Notes under the pieces: model-generated
The model's input: only the letters and a program-made list of their open reading frames with translations
What the model was told of the DNA's origin: nothing
Databases searched by the model: none
NCBI RefSeq assembly: GCF_000383855.1
Contig: NZ_KB912877.1
Coordinates: 3,328,282 to 3,392,281 of the forward strand
DNA from: Methylobacter marinus A45
GTDB taxonomy: Bacteria; Pseudomonadota; Gammaproteobacteria; Methylococcales; Methylomonadaceae
Direction of reading: 5' to 3'
Length of the DNA stretch: 64,000 nt
Made by a program: the position numbers and the translations under genes
Part shown: piece after piece, positions 28,939-39,074 of the stretch
Layout of the letters: every line of letters begins with the position of its first letter
Numbering within the stretch: position 1 is the first letter of the stretch

Positions 28939-29358
28939 ATGAATAACAAAATAACGTTAACGCAGCTGGCGGACTCGTTGCACAAGTCCAGATTCAACAA
29001 TGGCGCGGCTTTGACGCCGGAAATCATCGAAGAGGACCTGCAGGTGCTTCAGGTCCTGATCCAGGATCGCGAGGAATTCCCGGTATATGTGACGATCGAT
29101 GACAGCCAGATTCTTTGTGTTTCCTATCTCTGGCAAGAACAAGAGATCATTCCGGAACAACGCGAAGCGTTACTGGAAGCCTTGCTAGCCCTGAACATTC
29201 CGATGCCGCTGTCGTCATTTTCCAAAATCGGTCATCAATACATTATTTTCGGCGCCTTGAGTACCCGCTCGGATGCCGATGCCATTCTGCATGAAATTGA
29301 GACTTTGAGTGACAACACCCTGGACGCCATTGAACTGATGGCGGACTACCTGAAATGA
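28939..29358 (+). CDS. YjfI-like (DUF2170) protein
   Basis: 139-aa acidic protein immediately upstream of a PspA/IM30 gene, as in the E. coli yjfI-yjfJ arrangement. Confidence 0.45.
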   Translation: MNNKITLTQLADSLHKSRFNNGAALTPEIIEEDLQVLQVLIQDREEFPVYVTIDDSQILCVSYLWQEQEIIPEQREALLEALLALNIPMPLSSFSKIGHQYIIFGALSTRSDADAILHEIETLSDNTLDAIELMADYLK

Positions 29359-29384
29359 CGCCTCATCATTAGGAGCCGAACAAC

Positions 29385-30080
29385 ATGAACCTACTCAATA
29401 AACTCCTGACCGCGCTGCGCGGTGCCGCTACCGAAACCGGCGAAGCCCTGGTCGATTCTCAAGGGATACGGATACTGGAACAGGAAATCCGCGACGCCAA
29501 GGAACATTTAAACCGCGCCAGGGAAAGCCTGACCGAAGTCATTGCCGAACAAATGGCGGTGCAGCGGAAAGTGAACGGCCTGCAGACGGCCATCGCGGAA
29601 CATGAACAGTACGCCAATCAGGCATTGGCGAAGAACAATGACGCTCTGGCTCTGGAGATAGCGGAAAAAATCGCCGCCTTCAGCAATGAGCTGGGTGCCC
29701 AAGCGGTGGTTCTGGAAAGTCTCGACAGCAATATCGCGACCCTGAAGCAGTCTATCGCCGCCACCGAACGCAACATCCAGGGCATGGACCGGGAATTGAC
29801 CCTGGTCAAAACCACGGAAAGCGTGCACAAGGCCAACGAAGCCGTAGCCGCCCGATTTTCCGGCAGCCGGTCGTCCTTGCGTTCGGCCACCGAATCGCTG
29901 GAGCGGATCAAAGCCAAGCAGCAAAAAAAGGTCGACCAAATGCAGGCGGCCCTCGCGATTCAACAGGAGGAAAACGGCGACCGGCTGCAAGAGAAACTGC
30001 AGGATGCCGGCATCATCACCAAAAAGGCCACGGCTTCGGCCATTCTGGACCGATTGAAGGCCAAGCGGTCTGAAGCCTGA
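29385..30080 (+). CDS. PspA/IM30-family protein (YjfJ-like)
   Basis: 231-aa all-helical coiled-coil protein with the PspA-like N-terminal block (LLNKLLTALRG...EALVDSQGIRILEQEIRDAKEHLNRARESL). Confidence 0.75.
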   Translation: MNLLNKLLTALRGAATETGEALVDSQGIRILEQEIRDAKEHLNRARESLTEVIAEQMAVQRKVNGLQTAIAEHEQYANQALAKNNDALALEIAEKIAAFSNELGAQAVVLESLDSNIATLKQSIAATERNIQGMDRELTLVKTTESVHKANEAVAARFSGSRSSLRSATESLERIKAKQQKKVDQMQAALAIQQEENGDRLQEKLQDAGIITKKATASAILDRLKAKRSEA

Positions 30081-30103
30081 TCGCGATGCTCAGGACAGCG
30101 GTT

Positions 30104-30125
30104 TCGGTTCGCCGGCATAAAACGA
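30104..30125 (+). terminator. Possible stem-loop (gccggcat-aaaacg-atgccggc) after the PspA-like gene
   Basis: Perfect 8-bp stem 24 nt after the stop codon, but no U-tract follows. Confidence 0.2.
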
Positions 30126-30216
30126 TGCCGGCGCGGCCGCGACGCCTGCCTCCTGGCCGGTATGACGACAATCACAACAACAACCCTTAAGGCACATGAT
30201 ATTGAAGCTTCTTTTT

Positions 30217-30314
30217 CAGGACATACGCAAGCCTGTGGGGGCGACTTCAGTCGCCCCCACAGGTTTTAAACCCGCTTGTTTCGGCGGATGAACAGGCAAA
30301 CTGCGTAAGTCCTG
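30217..30314. repeat. MITE-like palindromic repeat, copy 2 (short form)
   Basis: Matches 3221-3392 at the terminal inverted repeats and the internal palindrome. Lies in the intergenic region upstream of the YqiJ-like gene. Confidence 0.7.
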
Positions 30315-30367
30315 TTTTTTAACCACAGGCCGCCCGGCATCGTTGCCTTTGCGCGCAAGGACAAAAA

Positions 30368-30967
30368 ATGGAAACGGTACTCACCCTTATCAGCAGCTTT
30401 CCGACCGTGGTCTACACCATCCCGCTGGCCATATGCCTGGTGTTCTGGTTGTTCAGCCTGCTTGGCGTGTTCGATTTTCTCGATGTGGATATCGACAGCG
30501 AGGCCGGTTTGGCGGGACTTTTGGCCACGTTCGGCCTGGCCGGCGTGCCCATCACCCTGTCGCTCAGCCTGCTGTTCCTGTTCGCCTGGAGCCTGAGCCT
30601 GTTCAGTACCGCCTGGCTGCTGCCATGGCTGCCGGCAGGCCTCGTTTACAACGCCGCCGGCGCGGCCGCGCTGGTCATCAGCTTGATTTTTTCAGTGTAT
30701 CTGACAGGAAAAATCACGCGGCCGTTGAGCAGGCTGTTTGTCACGCATGAAGCGCGCAGCAACCGTTCCCTGGTGGCCAAATACTGCGAAATCACCTCCC
30801 TGACCGTCAACGAACAGTTCGGCCAGGCCAAAGTCGAGGATGGCGGCGCCGGGCTGATCATCTCGATCCGCGCGGCCGCGCCCAACGACTTCAAAAAAGG
30901 CGACCGCGCTTTAATTTATGAATACGACCCGGATAAAAACCTCTATTTCATCAGCAAACAGGACTAA
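30368..30967 (+). CDS. YqiJ/NfeD-like inner-membrane protein (flotillin partner)
   Basis: 199-aa ORF with N-terminal TM helices and a C-terminal soluble OB-like tail. Sits immediately upstream of a flotillin gene with a 12-bp spacer. Confidence 0.55.
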   Translation: METVLTLISSFPTVVYTIPLAICLVFWLFSLLGVFDFLDVDIDSEAGLAGLLATFGLAGVPITLSLSLLFLFAWSLSLFSTAWLLPWLPAGLVYNAAGAAALVISLIFSVYLTGKITRPLSRLFVTHEARSNRSLVAKYCEITSLTVNEQFGQAKVEDGGAGLIISIRAAAPNDFKKGDRALIYEYDPDKNLYFISKQD

Positions 30968-30979
30968 TCAGGAGTAGTC

Positions 30980-33022
30980 ATGGAAATCATCATCACCGTT
31001 ACCATTGCCGCGTCAGTCATCCTGATCGGAGCGCTGATCGTCTTTGCCTCGATGTATCGCAAGGTCGACCAGGGACAGGCCATGATCATCAACACCTTGA
31101 GCAGCGAACCCAAGGTGACCTTCACCGGCGGTCTGGTCATACCGGTGCTGCACCGCGTCGAAAAAATGGCCATTTCGCTGAAGACCGTGGAAGTCAACCG
31201 GCGCGGCGGCGAGGGGCTGATCTGTAAGGACAATATCCGCGCCGACATCGTCGTCACCTTCTTCGTGCGCGTCAACAAAACCCGCGAGGACGTGCTGAAA
31301 GTGGCGCAGGCGATCGGCTGCGAGCGGGCTTCCGACCAGCACACCATAGAAGAACTGTTCAGCGCCAAGTTCTCGGAGGCCTTGAAAACGGTAGGCAAGC
31401 GCATGGACTTCGAGGACTTGTACCGCGAGCGCAACCACTTCCGCGACGAAATCATTCAGGTGATCGGGCAGGACCTGAACGGCTATGTATTGGAAGACGC
31501 CGCCATCGATTATCTCGAACAAACGCCGATGAACCAGCTGGATGCCAACAATATTCTGGATGCCCAGGGCATCCGCAAGATTACCGAGCTGACGGCGATA
31601 CAGCACGTGCGCACCAATGAGCTGCAACGCGATGAACAAATGCAGATCAAGAAAAAGGATGTCGAAACCAAAGAGATGATTCTGGAACTGGAACGGCAGC
31701 AGGCCGACGCCGAGGCCAGGCAACAGCGGGAAATCGCCAGCGTGCAGGCGCGGGAAAAGGCGGAAGCCGAAAAGATCAAGGCGGAAGAGCACACCAAGGA
31801 AGAACGGGCCCGCATCGCGGCCGAACAGACCCTGGGCATCGACAACGAAAACAAGCAGCGGGAAATCGAGGTCGCCGAGAAAAACCGGCAACGGGCCATC
31901 GCCATCGAAACGGAAAAAGTCGAGCGCGTGCGCCAGCTTGAAATTATAGACCGGGAAAAAGAAGTCGAATTGCAGCGCATCGCCAAGGAAAAGGCCCTGG
32001 AAGAGCAAAAGAAAGAAATCGCCGAGGTGATCCGTTCGCGCATCGCCGTTGAAAAACATGTGGCCGAGGAAGAGGAACGCATCAAGGAGTTGCGCGAAGT
32101 GTCGGAAGCGGACCGCAAACGCCAGGCGACCGTGATCGCCGCGGAGGCGGAAGCGCAGGAGCGCCTGGTGAAAGACATCAAAGCCGCGGAAGCGGCCGAA
32201 CAAAGCGCCCAGTTCAAGGCGCGCGAAACCCTGGTGCTGGCCGGCGCGGAATTCGAAGCCGCGGAAAAACAGGCGCAAGCCAAAATCCGGCTGGCCGAAG
32301 GCATTCAGGCGGAACAGGCCGCCGTTGGCCTGGCCGAAGCGAAAGTGCTGCGCGAGCGCATGGCGGCCCAGGCGCAGGGCGATGAAGCCGTCGGCATGGC
32401 GCAGGTGCGCATCAAAAATGCCGATGCCGATTCCGAGGAAAAACAAGCCATGGTCGACGTAAAAATCAAGATTGCCGAAGCCGAAGCCATCGAACGCCGC
32501 GGCCAGGCCGAAGCCGAAGCCGTACGGCAGCATTACCAGGCTGAAGCCGACGGCCTGAAGGACAAATTTGCCGCGATGGCCAGCATGGATGAGAAAACCC
32601 GCAGCCACGAGGAATTCCGCCTGCAGGTCGATACCGCGCATACCGAAACCCTGGCCGCCATCGAAGCCGGCCGTGAAGCGGCCACGCTGAACGCGGGCGT
32701 GTTCGCCGAAGCGGTCAAGCAGGCCAACATCGACATCGTCGGCGGCGACGGCGAATTCTTCGAACGCTACATGCGCGCGCTGGCGGTCGGGAAATCGATA
32801 GACGGCACGGTCAATAAAAGCGACTTGCTGAAAACCACGTTTAAAGACCACCTGCGCGGCGAGGCGAACCTGATCGAGGACATTAAGCAAATCGCCGCGA
32901 ATCTTGGTTCCGATGATCTGCAAAACCTGTCGGTGGCGGCCTTCCTGAACAAGCTGACGACGAAAGGCAGTATCGAAGACAAAACCAAAATGCAGGCGCT
33001 GTTGGAACAGTTGAGTAATTGA
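30980..33022 (+). CDS. Flotillin-family SPFH/band-7 protein (YqiK-like) with long Glu/Ala/Lys-rich coiled-coil
   Basis: N-terminal TM helix followed by an SPFH domain (YRKVDQGQAMIIN...VVTFFVRVNKTREDVLKVAQ) and a ~300-aa EA-repeat coiled-coil. Confidence 0.85.
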   Translation: MEIIITVTIAASVILIGALIVFASMYRKVDQGQAMIINTLSSEPKVTFTGGLVIPVLHRVEKMAISLKTVEVNRRGGEGLICKDNIRADIVVTFFVRVNKTREDVLKVAQAIGCERASDQHTIEELFSAKFSEALKTVGKRMDFEDLYRERNHFRDEIIQVIGQDLNGYVLEDAAIDYLEQTPMNQLDANNILDAQGIRKITELTAIQHVRTNELQRDEQMQIKKKDVETKEMILELERQQADAEARQQREIASVQAREKAEAEKIKAEEHTKEERARIAAEQTLGIDNENKQREIEVAEKNRQRAIAIETEKVERVRQLEIIDREKEVELQRIAKEKALEEQKKEIAEVIRSRIAVEKHVAEEEERIKELREVSEADRKRQATVIAAEAEAQERLVKDIKAAEAAEQSAQFKARETLVLAGAEFEAAEKQAQAKIRLAEGIQAEQAAVGLAEAKVLRERMAAQAQGDEAVGMAQVRIKNADADSEEKQAMVDVKIKIAEAEAIERRGQAEAEAVRQHYQAEADGLKDKFAAMASMDEKTRSHEEFRLQVDTAHTETLAAIEAGREAATLNAGVFAEAVKQANIDIVGGDGEFFERYMRALAVGKSIDGTVNKSDLLKTTFKDHLRGEANLIEDIKQIAANLGSDDLQNLSVAAFLNKLTTKGSIEDKTKMQALLEQLSN

Positions 33023-33054
33023 CAATGCAGCCCGCATGGAGCGTTGCGGCATGC

Positions 33055-33216
33055 GAGACTGTGAAAGTATTCAATTTAAAAGATTTAACCACGAAGGACA
33101 CGAAGCACACGAAGTTTTAAGTTATTGATTAATTTTATTTTTTCTTCGTGTCCTTCGTGATCTTCGTGGTGAATAAGGTTTTTTATGACGCTTTTCACTA
33201 ATTCTTTCACAGTCTG
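33055..33216. repeat. Palindromic MITE-like element A (contains a cttcgtg x3 / cacgaag x3 arm and a gactgtgaaag/ctttcacagtc terminal inverted repeat)
   Basis: Self-complementary hairpin-forming sequence. Its reverse complement recurs nearly exactly at 39204-39363, so the two copies are inverted relative to each other and flank 33217-39203. Confidence 0.8.
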
Positions 33217-33329
33217 ATGCGGGAATGCGAAGCCTTGTATGGCCCGGATTCCGCAAGCTTCATCCGGGCTACGTAATCAATACAGACACGGATTTACAGG
33301 GTCGATAGCGGCCGCCATGGAGACACACA

Positions 33330-33869
33330 ATGAATTGCCCCTTCTGTAAAACGCATCGGTTAAAACCCACCCGGCTCACCGCCGAATTGCCCGCCGAAAG
33401 TTGCAGTCAGTGCCACGGCGCCCTGGTTTCGCTGCTAAGTTACCGGACCTGGCTGGATCGGCATCCGGTGGCGGAACAACTGGCCGCCGACCAGCAGCAA
33501 GGCACCCGCGTCGAACCGGTCGACGCCTCGCATGCGCTGTTTTGTCCGAAATGCGCCGGCATCATGACCAAATACCGCATCGCCGCCGAAACCGAAAACA
33601 GAATCGATCTGTGCGTCCGCTGCAATGAAATCTGGCTGGACAACGGCGAATGGGAGCTGATCATATCGCTGGAACTGGCCGATAAACTGCCCCGGATTTT
33701 CTATGACAGCTGGCAAAAACAAATCCGGGAAGTGCATTTCCAGGACCTGAAGGAACAAAAATTCAGAGAGCTATTAGGGGCCGATTATGACGAAATCGTG
33801 CGCATCCGCGATTGGATCGACGGCCACGCGCAGCGCAGAACCTTATTGGACTATATCAACAGCTTTTAA
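33330..33869 (+). CDS. Double zinc-ribbon protein (TFIIB-like Zn-ribbon pair)
   Basis: 179-aa ORF with two C-x2-C...C-x2-C units (CPFCK...CSQCHG and CPKCAG...CVRCNEIWLDNGEW). It lies 13 bp upstream of the giant ORF. Confidence 0.55.
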   Translation: MNCPFCKTHRLKPTRLTAELPAESCSQCHGALVSLLSYRTWLDRHPVAEQLAADQQQGTRVEPVDASHALFCPKCAGIMTKYRIAAETENRIDLCVRCNEIWLDNGEWELIISLELADKLPRIFYDSWQKQIREVHFQDLKEQKFRELLGADYDEIVRIRDWIDGHAQRRTLLDYINSF

Positions 33870-33881
33870 ACCTGATCGCTC

Positions 33882-36800
33882 ATGACTGAAGAAACCATTT
33901 CCGACATCCAGCAAACCGTTACCGAAGGCGAAGCCTTTGAAGTGATCCGCAAGCGCCTGGATCAGCAAGGGCTCGCCCTGCAGGCCAAAATCGACCGCCT
34001 TAACACGTTGCGCGCCGAGGAATTCGGACAAACGGAACTGAAAATCATCGGCCGGGTACGGGCGCGTACCGAAAACAATTGCGTGCCGCGCGATATCGTC
34101 CGGGTCGGCAAGCACCTGATGCTGTTCGGTTACAACGTGTTCATCGGCATGAAGAAAGAGACCCGGGTCGAGGATGTCTTCAGCCTGTACAATCTCGTCG
34201 AAACCGAAGACGGCTTCGATCTCGAAGCGCATGCCTCGCCGGACCATTTTTTGCTGGATGAAAGGTTTGTCGCCGACTTCAAGGAACTTTACCGCTACTA
34301 CAAGACCACGCGCCTGTTGTCCCTGCATGCCGGCCACGAACAACTGCTGGCCGTGTTCCAGATTGGCCAGAAACTGGACGACATTCGGGTGTTCCGCTGG
34401 CAAATACGTGACGATCAAGTCAGCTATATCGACAACCGGGGCGAACGCGATTTGCCGAGGCATCCGGCCCACGACTTCGAATGGACCGCGACTCGGCGCG
34501 AGGACCATGTCGCCGGCAAGCACCCGCATGTCAGCATCCTCGATGAGGTTTTCGTCGAGACCATCGGCGGCGACCTGACCGTCAAGGTCGAAAACAATAC
34601 CGAAGACGGCCTGGGCATTTACCGCGAACCGGTCGAAGACCCGCACCAGTCGCTGGCCGACGCCGAGATCGCCTACGCCAGGCTGGGCACCCTGATCGTG
34701 CTGAAAATACGTCCGTACCGCGAAAGCGCCTACCGCTACCTGGTCTTCAACACCCTGACCCGGCAGGTCAACCGTATCGACGCCATCGGCCAGTCCTGCG
34801 TGCAATTGCCGGACAACCACGGGCTGATTTTCCCCGGCGGCTATTATCTGCAAAACGGCGAAACCCGGCTGTTTGAAAACGTCCCGGCCGGCCTGACGTT
34901 TGCCAGCGTGCTGCGCTCGCCCAACGGCGAGGACGTGCTGTACCGCTTCTATGAAGCCGATGCCGGCATCAGCGTGCTGTTCTCCTACAACCTGATCGAG
35001 AAAAGCCTGCAAAACCCGATCATCGCGCACGGCGTGTGCCTGTTCCGCAGCGGCCGGATGCTGGTATTCCGGGCCGAAAACGACGAACCCGGCCGCATCC
35101 ATCCGATGCAGCTGTGGGAAACGCCGTATTTTCACGAAGAGTTCATGCATCAGCAGCCGGCGCGCCAGTCATTTTTCGGCAAAATCGGCAATGCCGAACT
35201 GGTCCGGGGCATTTCCGACGGCTACAGCCTGGTGCGGGCGATTTCGAGCCGGCACGCCACGCTCGCCCACTACGAAGCCCTGATCGAGGCCGGACAACGC
35301 CTGTTCGACGCCTACCACTGGCTGGATGCCGATGAGGCGGGCGCGCTCGGGGCCGATATCCGGCAAATCCGCGCCACCGCGGAACTGGTGCTGGACGAGT
35401 TTGAAAAGGTCGAAAGCATCCGCCAGCAAGCCAACCAGGCCCTGAGCGAGGCCGAAACCCGGCAGCGGAACCTGCTGAAAAACCTGTATGTCGACAGCTG
35501 GAAAACGCCGGGGGAATTCGTCCAGGCCCTGGACGCCATGCACAGGCAACAGGGTCACCTGACCACGATCAGGGAACTACGCTATATCGACCAGGCCGCC
35601 GTGCAATCGCTGCAGGACGATCTGGCCCGCGAACTGGATGCGCTGGGCCAGGCGACCGTCGGCTTTTTAAGCACCGAGACGGCGCTCGCGCCATTTCATG
35701 ACAGCCTGTCGGCCTATCAGGCGCAACTGGACAACAGCCAGACCACGGCCGAAATTCAACCCGTCCTCGAACAGCTGGACCAGATGAGCCAGAATCTGGA
35801 CCTGCTGAATGAAACGCTGGCCGGCCTGGAAGTCAAGGACGCCCAGGTCAGGACCGGCATTCTGGAGGCCCTGTCCGAACTCTACAGCAAACTCAACCAG
35901 ATCAAGGCCGGCGCCCGGCATAAGCGCAAAAGCTTCCGCTCCGAGGAAGCGGTCGCCGAATTCGCCGCCCAGTTCAAACTGTTTTCACAAAGCATCAGCA
36001 GCGCCCTGGAATCGGCCGAAACGCCCCGGCAATGCGACGATCAGCTGACCCGCCTGCTGACCCAGCTGGAAGAACTGGAAAGCCGGTTTTCCGACTTCGA
36101 CGAATTTCTGGCCGATATCGTCCAGCAACGGGAACAACTGTTCGAAGTCTTTCAGTCGCGCAAGCAGGTGTTGCTGGACGAACGGCAGCGGCGCGTGCAG
36201 ACCATCGTCGCGGCCATCGACCGGCTGTTCGCGGGCATCGAACGGCGCCTGCAGACCTTTGACGAGCCGGATGCGCTGAACAGTTATCTGGCCGCCGATG
36301 CCATGGTGCGGAAACTGCGCCAGATGATCGAACACTTGCAGGCCCTGGACGCCTCGGTACAGGCCGATGACGCCCAGGCCCGGCTTAAGGCCATGCGGGA
36401 ACAGGCGCTGCGCTCCCTGCGCGACCGCCGGGACATCTTCGAGGACGGCGGCGCGCTCATCAAACTGGGCCGGCACCGCTTCAGCGTCAATACCCAGCCC
36501 CTGGACCTGACCCTGATCAATCGTCAGAACCGGCTGGTCTGGCATTTGATCGGCACCGATTATTATGCCCGGGCCGAACACCCGGAGCTCGATGAGCTCC
36601 GGGTGTTTTGGGATCAGGCCCTGATTTCCGAAACCGGGCAGGTTTACCGGGCCGAATACCTGGCCGCTTCGATTCTGTACAGCGCCGAGCAAGGGCTCGA
36701 GCAAATGACGCTGGACGAACTCCATGCGGCGCTGCTGCAGGACGATGCGCTGATGCAGTTGATCCGCCGCTATGCGACGCCGCGCTATCAGGAAGGCTAT

Positions 36801-39074
36801 GACAAAGGCATACACGATGTCGACGCCCGCCGGATTCTGGAACACTTGCTGCCGGCGCGGCAGGCCGCGGGGCTGTTGCGCTACACGCCGGAAACGCGCG
36901 CCCTGGCGTTGGCCTACTGGCATTTCGCCGCCATCGATGAGACCCAGAAACAAAACCTGCGGCGGCTCGCCCAGAGCGCCGCGCTGCTGCAAAAGTCCTT
37001 GGGCGGCCTCAAGGCGCATCAGGACCTGTCCGGCCAGATCGCCGCGCAGTTGGCGGAGTTCAAGGCCCTGTCCGGCCTGGCGGCGGCGGACCCCGCCAGT
37101 GCCGGCGATTACCTGCTGGCCGAACTGGCGGCCAGCGTTCCCGAATTTATCACCAGCCGGCAGGCCGATGCCCTGGTCAATGCGCTGTACCAGCATCTGG
37201 AAAGCATCGGCCATCGCGGCGACTACGAAACCGCCTTGCAGCACTGCGCGGAGCAACTTGATGCCCAATGGCAACTGACCGCCGGCTGGCTGGCGGGCAT
37301 CACGGCACAGCCGCGGCACGGCACTTTTCAGCGCTTCATCCCGGAAGCGGTGATGATCATCCTGGGAACTGGCCTCAATCGAAAAATCAGCCCGGCAACC
37401 CTGGAAGTCACCATCGAAAACCTGATAGGCGATCACGCCCGCATTGAAGACAGACGGCTCAGTATCAGTATCGATGAATTCGGCGAACGCCTGCACCGGC
37501 ACCGCACGCAAATCGTGCCCGGCTTCCAGCGCTACCAGACCCTGCGCCAGCAGCTGATCGCCGCCGAACGGGAACAGCTGCGCCTGGAAAGCTATCAGGC
37601 CAGACCCTTGACCTCATTCGTGCGCAACAGACTGATCAACGAGGTTTACCTGCCCCTGATCGGCGACAACCTGGCCAAGCAAATGGGCGCGGCCGGCGCC
37701 GCCAAGCGCACCGACCTGATGGGCCTGCTGCTGCTGATTTCGCCGCCCGGCTACGGCAAAACGACGCTGATGGAATACGTCGCCAATCGCCTGGGGCTGG
37801 TGTTCATGAAGATCAATTGCCCGGCCCTGGGCCATGCCGTGCATTCCCTGGACCCCGCGCAGGCGCCCAATGTGACGGCCGCCAGGGAACTGGAGAAACT
37901 GAACCTGGGCCTGGAAATGGGCAATAACGTCATGCTTTATCTGGATGACATTCAGCATACCCATGCCGAGTTCCTGCAAAAATTCATCTCGCTGTGCGAC
38001 GGCTCGCGGCGCATCGAGGGCGTCTGGCAGGGGCGGACCAAAACCTATGACCTGCGCGGCAAAAAGTTCTGCGTGATCATGGCCGGCAACCCCTACACCG
38101 AATCCGGCGAGGTCTTCAAAATTCCGGACATGCTGGCCAACCGCGCCGATATTTACAATTTGGGCGATGTCCTGAGCGGCAATGACGAGGTCTTCGCGCT
38201 CAGCTATATCGAAAACAGCCTGACCTCCAATCCGCTCCTGCAGCCGCTGGCCACGCGCGGCATGGACGACGTCTACCGGTTCCTGCGCAAGGCTGCCGGC
38301 GAAACCGTGTCCGACAATGAGTTCGAACACCGCTACGCCGCCTCGGAAAGCCGGGAAATCGTCGCCGTCCTGGAGAAAATGCTCAAGATCCGTGATGTCG
38401 TGCTGGCGGTCAATCAGCAGTATATCCATTCCGCGGCGCAGGACGACCGCTACCGCACCGAGCCGCCTTTCAAACTGCAGGGCAGTTACCGCAACATGAA
38501 CAAGATGGCGGAAAAGGTCACATCGGTCATGAACGACGAGGAACTGCGGAATCTGATCAGCGATCATTACGTCGGCGAAGCGCAGACCCTGACCCGGGGC
38601 GCCGAGGAAAACCTGCTCAAACTCAAGGAAATCCGGGGACTTCTGAACGCCGGGGAAAGCGAGCGCTGGAGCGCGATCAGGAACGAATATGCGCGCCTCA
38701 GGAAACTCGGCGATGAAAACGACCCGGCAAGATTGCTGGCCAGCCAGTTGTCCGTTATCGCCGAGCAGCTGACCGTTATTGGCCGGCACTTGCAGGCGCC
38801 TTCGCCGCTGGCCGAATTGAATCAGCATATCGTGCACCTGCGCGAGCAGATCGCTCAGGTCGAAATGAATGTGGAAGTGGTCAACCAGCCGATGCCGGGC
38901 GCCGACGCGGTGCTGCATAAACTGGCGGAATTATTCGAGATTTCATTCTTGCCAGTGTTTTCGGCCATGCAGCATAAAATCAGCATGGAACATGAAACCT
39001 GGGAACGCGTCAAAATGCTGACCGAAGAGTTCAAGCGCCTAAAACGCGAGAGTGATCCCGTAAAAAGCAATTAG
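33882..39074 (+). CDS. Giant (1730-aa) helical/coiled-coil protein with C-terminal AAA+ (MoxR/AAA_5-like) P-loop ATPase domain
   Basis: Uninterrupted 5.2-kb ORF. Near residue ~1290 it has Walker A LLLISPPGYGKTTL and Walker B VMLYLDDIQ, followed by a sensor-1-like VIMAGNPY and MLANRADIYNL (Arg-finger/sensor context). The N-terminal 1200 aa are Gln/Leu/Glu-rich helical repeats. Confidence 0.75.
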   Translation: MTEETISDIQQTVTEGEAFEVIRKRLDQQGLALQAKIDRLNTLRAEEFGQTELKIIGRVRARTENNCVPRDIVRVGKHLMLFGYNVFIGMKKETRVEDVFSLYNLVETEDGFDLEAHASPDHFLLDERFVADFKELYRYYKTTRLLSLHAGHEQLLAVFQIGQKLDDIRVFRWQIRDDQVSYIDNRGERDLPRHPAHDFEWTATRREDHVAGKHPHVSILDEVFVETIGGDLTVKVENNTEDGLGIYREPVEDPHQSLADAEIAYARLGTLIVLKIRPYRESAYRYLVFNTLTRQVNRIDAIGQSCVQLPDNHGLIFPGGYYLQNGETRLFENVPAGLTFASVLRSPNGEDVLYRFYEADAGISVLFSYNLIEKSLQNPIIAHGVCLFRSGRMLVFRAENDEPGRIHPMQLWETPYFHEEFMHQQPARQSFFGKIGNAELVRGISDGYSLVRAISSRHATLAHYEALIEAGQRLFDAYHWLDADEAGALGADIRQIRATAELVLDEFEKVESIRQQANQALSEAETRQRNLLKNLYVDSWKTPGEFVQALDAMHRQQGHLTTIRELRYIDQAAVQSLQDDLARELDALGQATVGFLSTETALAPFHDSLSAYQAQLDNSQTTAEIQPVLEQLDQMSQNLDLLNETLAGLEVKDAQVRTGILEALSELYSKLNQIKAGARHKRKSFRSEEAVAEFAAQFKLFSQSISSALESAETPRQCDDQLTRLLTQLEELESRFSDFDEFLADIVQQREQLFEVFQSRKQVLLDERQRRVQTIVAAIDRLFAGIERRLQTFDEPDALNSYLAADAMVRKLRQMIEHLQALDASVQADDAQARLKAMREQALRSLRDRRDIFEDGGALIKLGRHRFSVNTQPLDLTLINRQNRLVWHLIGTDYYARAEHPELDELRVFWDQALISETGQVYRAEYLAASILYSAEQGLEQMTLDELHAALLQDDALMQLIRRYATPRYQEGYDKGIHDVDARRILEHLLPARQAAGLLRYTPETRALALAYWHFAAIDETQKQNLRRLAQSAALLQKSLGGLKAHQDLSGQIAAQLAEFKALSGLAAADPASAGDYLLAELAASVPEFITSRQADALVNALYQHLESIGHRGDYETALQHCAEQLDAQWQLTAGWLAGITAQPRHGTFQRFIPEAVMIILGTGLNRKISPATLEVTIENLIGDHARIEDRRLSISIDEFGERLHRHRTQIVPGFQRYQTLRQQLIAAEREQLRLESYQARPLTSFVRNRLINEVYLPLIGDNLAKQMGAAGAAKRTDLMGLLLLISPPGYGKTTLMEYVANRLGLVFMKINCPALGHAVHSLDPAQAPNVTAARELEKLNLGLEMGNNVMLYLDDIQHTHAEFLQKFISLCDGSRRIEGVWQGRTKTYDLRGKKFCVIMAGNPYTESGEVFKIPDMLANRADIYNLGDVLSGNDEVFALSYIENSLTSNPLLQPLATRGMDDVYRFLRKAAGETVSDNEFEHRYAASESREIVAVLEKMLKIRDVVLAVNQQYIHSAAQDDRYRTEPPFKLQGSYRNMNKMAEKVTSVMNDEELRNLISDHYVGEAQTLTRGAEENLLKLKEIRGLLNAGESERWSAIRNEYARLRKLGDENDPARLLASQLSVIAEQLTVIGRHLQAPSPLAELNQHIVHLREQIAQVEMNVEVVNQPMPGADAVLHKLAELFEISFLPVFSAMQHKISMEHETWERVKMLTEEFKRLKRESDPVKSN

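Noticed and set aside
31013-33052. 679-aa ORF on the minus strand
   Set aside because: Antisense to the flotillin gene (30980-33022). Its translation is low-complexity (G/F/L/R-rich), typical of a spurious open frame opposite a GC-rich, codon-biased gene.
35985-38918. Long minus-strand ORFs (35985-37511, 37614-38918) and multiple shorter frames
   Set aside because: Entirely contained antisense within the 1730-aa plus-strand ORF. No motifs, and composition mirrors the sense gene.
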